A stretch of DNA of 64,000 bases from Carcharhinus longimanus. Taxonomy: Eukaryota. Position numbers and translations under genes: made by a program. The DNA lies in assembly GCA_030264375.1 (NCBI GenBank), contig JASCQW010000190.1:25792339-25856338 (forward strand). Reading direction: 5' to 3'. Below, one piece after another: positions 26,335 through 38,774 of the stretch. Positions within the stretch are counted from its first letter, which is position 1. The number at the start of each line of letters is the position of its first letter. The notes under the pieces are model-generated. The model saw nothing but the letters and a program-made list of their open reading frames with translations. It searched no databases and was not told where the DNA came from.

Positions 26335-29300
26335 GAGTCATAGAACAGTTACAGCACAGAAGGAGATTATTTAGCCCATCTTGTCTGTACTGGCTCTCTG
26401 AAGGCACAATTCACTTAGTGCCATTTTCCCAGTTTCAGCGGTAGCCCCAACATTCTTCCTCATTAGATAATGATCCAATTCCTTTTTGAATTCCTCCATT
26501 GAACCTGCCTCCACTGCATTCCTGGGCAGCGCATTCCAGATCCTAACCACTCACTGCTTGAAAATGTTTTTCCTCATGTTGTCATTGCTGTTTTTGCCAA
26601 TTACTTTAAGTCTGTGCCTTGTCATTTTCAATCCTTTCATGAGTGGGAACAATTTCTCCCTATCTACTCTGTCCCCTCTTTCAAATCTCCTCGCATTTTT
26701 GTTTCCTCCAAGTAAAACTGTCCCAGCCTCTCCAATATGCCCGCATGAATGAATTTCTTCATCCCTGGAACTATTCTCAGAATCACTTCTGCATTTTCTT
26801 ACATCCTTCTGAAAGTACAGCATCCAGAACTGATCGCAATACTCCAGCTGAGACCAAACTAGTATTTTATAGGAGTTCAACATAATTTCTTTGCTTTTGC
26901 ACTTTATGCCCCTATTAACAGAGCCTCGGGTGCTCTCTGCTTTGTTAACCATGTTCTCAACCTGTCCTGCAGCTTTCAATGAATTTCACACATACACCTA
27001 AGTCTCTCTGTCCTGCACCCACTTTAGAATTGTGCCCTTTAATTTATATTGTTTCTTTGCATCCATTCTAAAAAAACTAATCACTTTACATTTCACAGAA
27101 GTGTAGAAGGAAGCCATTTGGCCCATCAAGCTGCACCAACAACAGTCCCAATCAGGGCCTATCCCTGTAACCCCAAGTATTACCCTACTAATCCCCCTGA
27201 CATTAAGGGGCAATTCACCATGGCCAATCAACCTAACCCACACATCTTTGGTGTGTGGAAAGAAATCAGAGCACCCAGAGAAAACCCACACAGATATGGG
27301 AAGGATGTGCAAACTGCACAGACAGTTACCTGAGGAATTGAACCCAGGTCCCTGCCGATGTGAGGCAGCAGTGCTAACCACATCTGCCACTTGTCCACAA
27401 ATTCCATGAACCTATTTAGGTCCTTTTGAAGTTTGATACCATCGTCTTCATAGTTCAAGTTTCCTCCCGTGTTCCAAAGATGTGTGGGTTAGGTTGATTG
27501 GCCATGGTGAATTGCCCCTTAAGACCAGAGGGATTAGCAAAGTAATGCTTGTTCCAAATAAACCTGTTGGACTTTAACCTGGTGTTGTGAGACTTCTTAC
27601 TATGCCCACCCCAGGCCAATGCTGGATTTCCATATCACCAATACTTAGAAGTTTTATATCATCCACAAAGTCTGAAATTGCACCACATATAACAAGGTCT
27701 AGATCATTAATATATATCAGCAAGATCAGTTGTCACCCATCCCTGGGGAACTACTACAAACCTTCCTCCTGTCTGAAAAACATCCTATTCTGTTATTCAG
27801 CTAATTCTGTATCTCCAGTGTAATTGTCCTTTTTATTTCAGGATCTCTAATCTTAGAAGTTTGTTGTGTGGCACTTCATCAAATGCTTTTTGGAAGTCCA
27901 CGTTACCTCATCAAAAGATTAAATTATGTTAGTTAAACATGACTTGCCCATAACAAGTCCATGCTGGCCTTTGTTAACTAACCTGCATTTGTTCAACTGA
28001 CTTAACTTTCCTGAATTATCATTTCTAGAAGTTTCCAGATCACTGAGGGTAAGCTAACTGGCTTGTCGTTGCTGGGCTTGACTTTATACCCTTTTTTGAA
28101 TAAGGATGAAACAGCAGCACCATCCCAGGCCAAGGAAGATTGGAAAACTATGGCCAACACCTTCACCATTTTCGTTCTCATGTCCCACAGCATCCTTGGA
28201 TGAATCTCATCTGGTCCTGGTGTCTGATCAACTTTAAATACAGACAGCCTAGCCAATACCTTCTCCTTACCAATTCTAAAGCCTTCAGTGCCTGAACTAC
28301 CAACTCTTTCACCATGGCCTGGGAGACATCTTGTTCCTCGGTTAAATCAGATGCAAATTATTCATTCAACACCTTAGCCATGGCTCCTTGCTTCCATGCA
28401 TAACTCCCCTTTTGGTCACTAACTGGCCCCATTCCTCCTTTCACCACCATTTTACATTTATATGGCTACAGAAGAATGTGGGATTCCCTTATGTTAGCTG
28501 CCAGTCACTTTTCATACCCTCTCTTGGCTTATTTTATTTGCTTTTTCAATTCCCCTCTGAACTTATGTTCACCCTGGTTCTCAGTTGTATTATCCACCCC
28601 GACATTTGTCATAAACACATTTTTTTTTCCTTTATCTTAATTCCTATCTCTTTTGCCATCCAGGAAGCTCTGGATTTATTTGTCCTACATTTGTCCTTTA
28701 GGGAATATACTTTGATTGTGCTCAAACTCTCTCTCATATAAAGTTACCCATTGTTCAGTTACAAATCTTGCCTGACAACCTTTGATTCCAACTTATCTGA
28801 GTCAAATTCATTCTTACACCACTGAAGTTGGCTTCCCCACTGTTAATATTCTTACTCTGGATTGTTCCTTGTCCTTTCCCGTAATAATCCTGAACCTCAT
28901 GATAAATTATTACTGTCACCTAAAGGTTCTCCAAGTAATATTTGACCCATTTAGCCTGCTTCATTCTCAAGAACCAGGTCTTGCCGTGCCTTCTTTCTCA
29001 TTGGACAGGAAACATGCTACTGTAGAAGACTCACCTGAACACACTCTAGGAATGCTTGTCCCCTCTGCTCTTTACACACTACTATGCTATCTCAGTCTAC
29101 ATTTGGATAACTATAGTATATAGTTCTTGTATCTCTCTGTAAATTTGTTCCTCTAACCTTCCCCACTATTCGGCAGTCTATGGTCTACATAGGACAACGT
29201 AATTACAACTTCTCTGCTTTACTCACACTAAATAGATTCGTCCTTAACCTCTCTGGGACAGTCTCTCACTGCAATGTTCTCCTTAATCTGTTGCCTTCTC

Positions 29301-30400
29301 TCCATTTCCTACTTCTCCTGAACAACTTGTATCCAGGAACATGTAACACCAGGTCCTGTTCTTTTTAGAGTCTGGTCTCTGTTAAAGCTACAGCATCATA
29401 CTTTCACATAGCTATCTGCACCTCACCAATCTTATTTAATACACATTGCTCATTCACATCTACAGACAGCAACCCTTATCTAGAAATGATTACTTTCCCA
29501 TTACACTAAACTGACCTAATGAAGTACCACTGGCTAAACTAATGCTATCTGTCTCCTGTACCGTGTGCATCTTAGTATTCTTTTCTAATGTTACCTCCTG
29601 ATTCCCACAAACCTAATAAGTTAACGTAAATCCTCCTCAAAGCACTGGCAAATTGCCTCACCAAGAAATTGGTCCTGTCTCCGTTTAGGTGCAACCCATC
29701 CAGTTTATACAGGCTCCATTCCTCCCAATGTCCTAGGAATCTAAAGACCTCTCCTTTGCACCATCTTTCATGTCACACATTCAACAGCTTATAACTTTTG
29801 AGATCCTGCTTGCGAAATTTCCATTTAGCTCTCCTGGCTCCAGGACCACATTCCATCTTTTCATCAATGTCACTGGTACTAATGTGGACCAAAACTGTTG
29901 GCTGTTCACCCTCCCACCTTTGGTGCTTTGCAGTCATTCATTACATCATTGATCCTGGCATCCGGGAGGCAACACAACATCCTTGATTCATGCCTATAGC
30001 CATAGAAACGCCCATCTATTCCCCTAAATATTGCAGCTCCTTTCAATATTACTCTTCCAAACTTCTTTGCATCCTCTTGTACAACAGAGGACTTGGCTCC
30101 AGCTGTACTCCCCAGATGGACTTCCATCAACATTCAAAACTGAATACCAGTTGGAGTGTGAGGTGCATTCAGGGGTCTCCTGCACTACCTGCCAGTTTCC
30201 TCTAGACTGTCTGGTGGCCACCCTCTCCCTGCATATTCTTAAGCCACAAAGTGACCACATTCATTAGCGTGCTAACCTTCAATCTCAAGGATAAACTACA
30301 GTGACACCAGTTGCTGCTCATGTGCTGAAACTTGGAGTTTAAGGTGCTGCAACTAACAGTACTTCCTACATATGTTTACGCAGGGCACAAGCAGCACCTG
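26335..30400 (-). mobile_element. Long decayed CR1 LINE (3' UTR, RT, endonuclease, ORF1 region) with nested SINE and Penelope-type insertions
   Basis: LVWSQLEYCDQFW, KVDQTPGPDEIHPRML...PVSL, and ORF1 esterase-like IFRGIDGRFYGYRHESRMLCCLPDARINDV motifs in collinear order. Confidence 0.85.
27095..27381 (-). mobile_element. HE1-like SINE nested in CR1
   Basis: gtggttagcactgctgcctcac head, V-like core, CR1-type tail gatgggccaaatggcttccttctacac. Confidence 0.8.
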
Positions 30401-30949
30401 GGGAGTTCCCACACTATGCAGGATTGAGGTATTAATGCTGGCCAGGGCACATGGTAACCTCCTTAGTGCTTCTTCAAATAATGTCATGGAATGTTTTACA
30501 TGTACTTCAACAGGCAGATGGATTCCAAGTAAAAATGTTATTTAAAGGGTGGCACTTCTGGCCACGCAACAATTCCTTTGAAGTGTAAATCAATATTTAT
30601 TTGGTCAAATACTGAACTAGGGTTGGAGTAGGGCTCAAGGGCAAGAGTGCTATCACTTCAGTGTGCTGAAGACTTCAGAGGAATTACAGGAAAATGTAGA
30701 ATATTGTGCACCAGAATCAGGGCAAAGTGACCTGTGAATAGTTGGGAAAGTATGAGACAGCAAAATGGATATTCTTAACTTTAAAAGCAATTAAATCTCA
30801 GTGTTCTTCTCAATGGGCAGATGCGAGGACCAATAGGACAAGAAACAGAACAAAAACGGAGATATTTAGTTGTGAAAATCCTTGGCATTTCTAAAGGCGA
30901 TCCTGCCGTAATCTAATCCCAATCTAATCTAAGTTTTTACAAAATGCTG

Positions 30950-31560
30950 CATCTAGATCATAATTTTCAACTGAGGTGAAGCATTCCATGTTCTACTAAC
31001 CCTGTGTGGAGAATAATTCTTCCAACTTCCCCATTCATTTTTCCGATAATCCCAGGCTCAGGCCTCTTTGTTACTGATGCACCAGTCAAAGGAATTATCT
31101 TTCACTTTTCACCATCTCAAAACATAACACTACTGTCAGAGTGATCAAAGAAAAGTGCTTCAAGCCTTTCTTCTTAATGTTTACCTCTCACCCCGGTAAC
31201 ACATTAGTAACTCTTCACTCCTTTCGTTTGCTCCACTTTTTCCTGGAATGCAGTGCCTTCAGCAGCCTGAAATACCCCAAATAGGGCCTATAATTGGATA
31301 AATTCAACATCACCACCTTGTTTTTGTATTTAATGCCGCTATATATAAAAATCCTCAATCCCACATTTTTTGTTTTTTTCCCTCTACCGGCACTCTCACT
31401 TCTAAAAAGAATCTAAATACCTACACCCATAGATCTGTCAATTCTTCAGTCCCCAACCATTTAAGATAAAACTCTTGTACTGTTCTTACTCCTGAAATAT
31501 ACTTCACGTTTCACATGTATGGCAGCCACCCATCTCCTTATTTAGCTAAGCCATGCATAT
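30950..31560 (-). mobile_element. Old CR1 remnant
   Basis: Decayed similarity to the CR1 3' ends elsewhere in the window. Confidence 0.5.
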
Positions 31561-31684
31561 CATCATGCACTCTCATCGGTTTGCCAGACTCCCAAATTTT
31601 ATTATTCCACTGTACTTCTACTCAAACATTTTCTATTAAATGGAAATCAAAGCATATTCATTAAGAAACAAAACAGAAGTCAGG

Positions 31685-32160
31685 AATTTGGTGGAATATT
31701 CTCTCTACTTGCCATGATGAGTGCAGCTTCAAAACATCCTGGAAGCTTGACACCACCCAAGGCAAAGTACTTGATTCATCCCATCCGCCAGCTTAAACAT
31801 TCATTCCCTTGATCACCAGTGTGTACCATCTACAAGATATAGTGCTACATCGCACCAACGCTCCTTCCACAATTCTTTCTAAACCATCAACCTTTACCAC
31901 CTAGAAAGACGAGAGCAGCAAATGCATGGAATACTACCAAATGCAAGTTCCCCATAAAGCTACAACCATCTTAGAACTATACGGCCGTTCCTTCACTGTC
32001 ACTGGGTAAAACCCTGAAGCTCCTGTCCTAAAAGCAATGTGTTTGTACAGATGGGCTGCAGTGGCTCAAGGCAGCAGATCACCAACATCTTCCCGAGCAC
32101 AAGTAGGGATGGGCAATAGATACCTGTCTTCCAAGTCACACTCACATCGCGTGAACAAAT
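31685..32160 (+). mobile_element. LINE 3' end (same family as 10983-11345)
   Basis: KLDTTQGK...LNIHSL.H..CTIYKI motif and shared tail. Confidence 0.7.
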
Positions 32161-32164
32161 TTAA

Positions 32165-33240
32165 AATATCATCATACTCCATTCACCTATACTGATTACT
32201 TTGACATTGTAAATCAAATTAGTCAAGCAGGTCTTTACTGAGAAAAGACAAAGTGGTCTATAGTTTACTGCATTAACCACTTCCCTTTTCCTGAACAGAG
32301 ATGTAAATAATGTCCATCCTCCAGCACATTTTCCCAAAAATGGAAATTGTGCCAATGTGCAGGAATTTATTTCAATCAAGTCTGGCAATGTTGCTTCTTT
32401 TAGTTCCACTAACTTTGTTTTCAAATACTGCAGTTTTCTTTTCACATTTTTTCTCCACTAATGGCACCTCACTATCCTCCTCAGGGCTCCCTACACAGTC
32501 ACAATTTCTTCATTTTCCTCTGCAACAGCATAGTCAAAATATTTATTAAACATTACCACCATTTATTTACTCTCAAGTACAAAGTAATCTTCATCTTTCA
32601 GTGGCCTCATCTATTTTTTTTTGAGTGCCCTTTTATTTCTTATATATAACGTATGGCTGACCAACATTACACATCTCCCTTTTGAACTCCTATCTTTTTA
32701 TTTATATCTTTTATTTTCATCTGTAATTTTTGCTCTAACCTATTTATTCTTGGAGACTCAGCCTTTGAGAATCAGAATACATTTAACCTGCTCCTCATTC
32801 ATCTACTGCTAAAATATCTGTTGACTCACTATTTGAGCTTCCAATGTTGTTCCAGCCAATTGATCAGGCTAAGTTTCTTTTTAGGCCACTCCTTTCAGCC
32901 CAAAGTCTTTATCTTTAGTCCTCTGTCTGTTATTACGTGAACCTAATTAAGTTATCACTACTATGTCTGAAGTGAGCTTCAACATTCAAATCATTCATTT
33001 GTCCTGCTTTATTTCCTGGAACCTCTCCTTAATGCAATACACTGATTAAAAATCAGGCCTGGGTACACCCCAAAATTCTTTTCATTTGTCGTCTACTTTA
33101 GGACAATTAAATCCATCCATTGTTATAATGTTTTTACCACTTCAAACCTCTCTGAATTATCTATATATTTAACCTTGCTTTATTTTCCACCATTTGGTGA
33201 TCACGACTGTACTCCCAGTATGATAACAGATCCCTTATTT
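32165..33240 (-). mobile_element. Old CR1 ORF2 remnant
   Basis: TSLFRKREVVNAVNYRPLCLFS..TCLTNL (cf. NYRPVSLTS...SCLTNL). Confidence 0.6.
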
Positions 33241-34784
33241 CTTAAATTAAAACCAGAAAGTGCATGAAACAGTCAGCAGATCAGCATCTGTAGAGTGAGA
33301 AAGGTAGGGTTAACATGTCAGATTCGAGATGTTTTGTCAGAACCCTGGGATGTTACAGATGAACAGCTTATAAGGAAGAAGGTGATGGGGAAAAATGTCT
33401 GATGAGGTCAAGGCCTGGAATTGATTAAGTGGCAGAAATAGTGACATAGGTGTAAGTGAAGACGACAATGATAGAAGAAATAAATGATGCAGCCAAGGTT
33501 CAGAGGATCTGTAAACGGTTGCAGTTGAATAGCACACAAGGAAAGTACAATAAAGCTGGCAATGCAGAGAAGGCTCCAATGACTCAGACGTATGATTGAC
33601 GAACAAGGCAGGTGGCATTAGGGGAGCAGACCACCCAGTTGCTATTCTAACAACCCAACTCAAGCACCAGGTCACAAATTCCCTCTCCTACTTTTATTTT
33701 TAAAAATTGCTCCACTTGTGTCTTATGCACTTGTCACATTCTTTCTCAGATCTTCTCCCCAGTGAAGCAATTTTATCATGACCAATGGACCCAGCAGCAA
33801 CATTGAATTCCTATCGACTGCTGCTGTCAGCTTCACTCCTCCAACACTGATATTTTAATGATAACTCCTCATTCTGAATGTCAGCTTCAATCCAAGCTCC
33901 TGCTGCTGATTTATAACTGGAGAGGGTCCAGCAGGATAGATAAAGGGAAAGAGGCAGCAATGAAGGTTAGAACTGAGGTCCTATGAGAGTTTTCATTGAA
34001 ATATCACCATGCTGGCAGTGTGCTACAGCCATTGGTTGGAACATATTAACTTAAAGGAGGACAAAAGGAAAATGTATTTAAGGATGGCAGCCTACCTGAG
34101 AAGATGGTCGGCCACATTTAACATGTCATTTTTTTCAGCTGTTGAATAGTATTTTGAAATTTCCATTTACCAGATTATAGTTGACAAATTGTATATATAC
34201 ACACACACATAAACAAAACACTTTCCATATGGGCTGTGATAACAACATAAAATTCTCAGCAACTGTACACAAATTAGCACATTCAATGAGGCCTTAATAA
34301 AAGGCTACCAAATGAAGTAGAAATCTCCGAGCTTCAGTGAGGGGTTCCATGTAGTCCATCCATCTTGGCCCTCAATGTGAATCATGAGATGTTTGAAAAT
34401 TCATCCATAACGCTTGGTAAATTAACTTCTAAATATCAGATATCTTCAAACTACATCTGCCCATTACAATAAAGAATGCTAGTCTACTGAACCTAATGGA
34501 ACCACTAATAAGACTCATGGATGATGTTTGCTAAGTTACTCTGTGGCATGTTAATTAATGTTAGAAACCTAATTTCTTTTACTGGAAAGGGAACTATTAC
34601 AAAAGCAGTCTGAATAGATGAGAAGATTACTTTACACATTAAAACACTCTTCATACGCTCGCCACAGTTTCAAGTATTTCACAGTTTCTAATTTTTTGAT
34701 GATCAAAGCTTCAATTCCAGCAATTTTCACTCTGCTCATCAGAGGCAATTTTTTGCTATTCCTCACGCTTGCAAGAATAAAATA

Positions 34785-35312
34785 AATTATTGGTTAGGAC
34801 ACAGATAGAGTAGTGTGTGTAGTTCTGGAGTCTACATATAGGAGCGATCTGATAGCATTGGAAAGGATGTAGAGGAGATTTATCAGGGTTTTGTCTAGGC
34901 TGGAAAGTTTTAGTTATGATGTGAGATTTTACAGATTGGGGTTGTTTCCCTTGAAGTAGACGGCGGGGGGGGGGCATAATTAAGATGTATAACAGACAGG
35001 AAGAAATTTTTCCCCTTAGGTGGAGAGATCAAGGACCAGGGGGCATACGTTAAAGGTAAAAGGGCAGAAGGTTGAAAGGGGATGTGAGGAAAACCTTTTA
35101 TCACCCAAACGGTGGTGGGAGTCTGAGACTCACTGCCTGACAGAGTGGTGGAAACAGAAACCTTCATAGCCTTTAAGAAATATTTAGATGTGCACTTGCT
35201 ATGCCAAGGCATGCAAGGCTATGGGCCAAGTGGTGGAAAATGGGATTGGAATAGTTTTTGATTAGTGCAGGCACGATGGGCCAAAGGGCCTTTTCTGCAC
35301 TGTAGACCTCCA
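34785..35312 (+). mobile_element. CR1 LINE 3' fragment
   Basis: LVRTQIE.CV.FWSLHIG...ALERM.RRFIR and 3' UTR gatgggccaaagggccttttctg. Confidence 0.85.
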
Positions 35313-36384
35313 TCAGTTTAAATCAGAAATGTGAATTTTAAAAAAATTACTTTTTAAAAAATTTTAAAGGCAATAAGGTGATGCAAATAAACAAGTTCCA
35401 ATGTTCTCCAACAAGCAAATTCAAGCAGATTCCAATTTGGTCTTCAGTGAAAACACCATTTCCGGTGTGTCAACATTCCTGTCATAGTACAATTTATTCA
35501 ACTTTTTATTTTAAATATATGTTATAAGCACAATGAAATAAGCACAGTTCTTCACATTATCCTTTTGGTGCTAGTGTAAAGCATATCATTTATTGTGCAT
35601 TGGTATAAGCACACAAACAGAAAACTGCTAGGTCATCAAGGTGGCCAAGCTTCCAATTCCTCTGGGTAGCTACTGAGCAAAATCCTGTGCTGTTGTACCA
35701 AATGTAGTCTGTACATTCAAATCCACAAACCTGAATAATACATGTATAAGCACAAAAGTACAAACTGACGTTAAGGAAACTAAAAATAACTTTCACTACA
35801 GCTCATTTTTACATAATCTGGCAACAAACCCTGCCGACAAAAATCCCATAACGGGTTTCACCAAAAATCTGGTTGCACTTAATCACTTACACGGAAGACT
35901 GAAACCCAAATATATCCAATTNNNNNNNNNNGTTAAGTCCCATTATAGTGCTTGAGGGTCAAAAATCTATGCTGACAGTCCAGTGCAGTACCAAGACCCC
36001 ATCTGCCTGTGTGTGTGGATGCAAAAGAGCCCACATTGCTATTTGAAGAAGAGAGCAGGAGCTCAAACTGCTCATAATGTCTGCAGAATTTCCTACATTA
36101 CAACTATTCTTCAAAAGTACTTCATTGGCTGTACAGTACTTAAAAAATTGTATTTACACAAGTTATTCTCAGCATGGAAGTTTGGGCAAAAAGAAATCCA
36201 AATCATCACAGCTGGATTTAAATTTCTATGGTATTAATAATGAACCAAATATCTTTGCAAACTATCAAACCATCTGTGCAAAGTTTATACTGTACACACA
36301 ATCAATAACACCGAAAAATGAGAGGCAAAGGTAAGATAACAACTATAGCAAGATGCATTTATAATCCACCTTTAAAGAGGCAGA

Positions 36385-37500
36385 AATGTTGTAAATTGCT
36401 TCAAAGGAGCATTAACAGGCAATCACTGACATTGAAATAAAAAAAGAAGATATTAGAATGGATATCCAAAAACTTGGTCAAAGAAGTAGGTTTTAAAATA
36501 CATCTTAAAAAGAACAAGACGGAGGGTTTTAAGGAAAGTAATTCCAGAGCTTTGATCTTGGACAAATGAATGAAGTTAGGTGAATGGGGCCTGGTGTGGA
36601 TACAGACAGCAAAGTTTTGAATCAGCTTAAGTTTAAAGAGATTGGAGATAACAACAACATGGATGAAGGTTTCTGCAGCAGCTGGGGAGAGGCAGAGAGG
36701 AGTGTCATTAGGGAGGTGGACGTTGGCAGTTATTGTGATATGGCAGNNNNNNNNNNNNNNNNNNNNNNNNNNNNNNNNNNNNNNNNNNNNNNNNNNNNNN
36801 NNNNNNNNNNNNNNNNNNNNNNNNNNNNNNNNNNNNNNNNNNNNNNGACCTTGGAAATGTCCAGTCACATTTCAGCAGATCTAGTTTTTCAGAATCGTTT
36901 GGCCTCTTTACTAGTTGTAAATCGTATTTTTCAGGCTGAATTCTGAATTTTAATGTAGATTCCGTGCTCTCGTCGTGCTCAGTCAGCTACTCGCCACTCC
37001 TTGTTGCTTCTTCGGACGATTTATTAGATTCCATCAGTGATTCTGTTGGTGTTACAGAACCTTCGGCTAACTCAGTCGGGCTTTCAGAATTGTCATTATT
37101 ATCAGAAACAATTTCATCGCCCCTTAGTTTTTTTGGTAAAAAAATCAAACATTGACGATTGCCCACGCTTCATTGTGATATGGCAGGATATGAATCACAA
37201 TTCAAAGCTAAATAGGATGCTGAACTTACAAATAGATTGATTACATCCAAGATAGTGACCAGGAAAGTCAGATGGAATTGGTAGCGAGGGAATGGAGTTT
37301 ATGATGGGGGCTGAAAATAATGGCTTCAAACTTCACAATATTTAATTGGAAGGAACTGTGGCTCATTTAGGGCTGGTAACTGGACAGAGTCTGACAACAC
37401 AGGCAGTGGAAGTGATCAAATGAGGTCATTTTAGGGTGAAGTTGGATCAGTTAGTTTTCAAACCTAGCATCATGTCTTTGGAGGGTATTGGTGAGGGTCA
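36385..37500 (-). mobile_element. L2 LINE remnant interrupted by an insertion at 36747-37171
   Basis: LSPAAAETFIHVVVIS...KLKLIQNFAVCI motif; the L2 sequence resumes after 37172. Confidence 0.7.
36847..37173 (-). pseudogene. Disrupted N-terminal fragment of a probable hAT-type (ZMYM1/THAP12-like) transposase
   Basis: Manual translation MKRGQSSMFDFFTKK-(frameshift)-LRGDEIVSDNNDNSESPTELAEG...RSGE*LTEHDEST...NDSEKLDLLKCDWTFP; CpG-rich; family assignment from motif recollection only. Confidence 0.45.
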
Positions 37501-38774
37501 GCATTACCTATCTTTGCTCCACATCCCTTGATATCTTTGCCTAACAAAAATCTATCTCCACTGTCCTCATAATTATCTGAGCATCCGCAGCTTTTTGGGA
37601 GAAATGTCCCCTATATTTTTACATTGGTCCTCCTGATTTCACTTCTGGATGTCAAGGCTTTAACTTTAGGATTATGTGCTGTTGTTCTTGATCCCTCTAT
37701 AAGAGGAAATAGGTTCTCTGTATTTACTGTATCTAATCCTTAAATGAGAAGACCAAGATGAGGAAGTTAAAGGAGGGAATTCCAGAACTTGGATTTCCGA
37801 CTGCTGAAGGGCACCAGTGAACAGGGCTAGATGCAGGTTGAGACACGGATTTAAGTTGATCCTTTCAAACCATTTTAAAATTTTAAGTGCCTCAATTAGA
37901 TCACCTCATCACATGTAATTTAATCCTCAGGTCCAGTATTATTCTGGCAAATCTGCACTGCATCCCTCCCAGACCAATACATCAAGAGCTTTGATGAAAG
38001 ATCATTGATCTGAAATGTTAACTCATCACTCTTCACAGGTGCTACTTGACCTGTTGACTGATTCCAGCATTTTATTTTTGTGTTTATTCCAATATATCCT
38101 GGATGAATTGCAGTGTTCAAAACTGAACAAAATACTCCAGATGGGTTTGACCAATTATAACTACCTCTTCTTTACACTTAAGATAAAACAATATAGGTGT
38201 TTTGATAGTTACTTGCACCACTCTTCACAGTTTAAATGAATTACGCGTGTTGATTCCTAAATCTCTTTGTTCCTCTAAAGCTCCTAATTTTTGAAACAAT
38301 ACTTAAATTCATCTTTCCAAAATGGATGGCATCAGGTTTAACTACTCAATTTGTTCATGCCCCCTTAAAATTTCCTGCTCCCATTTGGACTACTTACTGT
38401 CACCCCTAACTTACTGCTGTTTGCAAGCCTAGATGGTCAACCTTTTAGGTCTTGATCCAAGTCATTAATAAATTTGATGCAAATTTGAGGCCTCAGAGCA
38501 GATCTCTGTGGAATGCCACCTGCCACATCCAGCCAGAGTGGCTGCCCTTCAGTGTCACTCTCTACTTTCCATCTCCCAATTAATTTCCAACCCAAGTCAA
38601 AAGGCTACCTTCAGTTCTGCATGCTCTTGTTTTTGCTCATAATTCCTTGTGTGAAATCTAATCAAATGCCTTTGTGAAGTCAATATAGGGAAACAAACAT
38701 ATATGCTACCTTATTTGTAACATCCTCTAAACATTCAATCAATTTAGTCAGACATGACTTATTCTCCACAACTG

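Noticed and set aside
36964-37155. Acidic stretch as a duplicated or alternative ZFPM1 exon 2
   Set aside because: Has an in-frame stop and no polypyrimidine acceptor, has its own ATG and sits in a TSD-flanked insertion; better explained as a transposase-like fragment.
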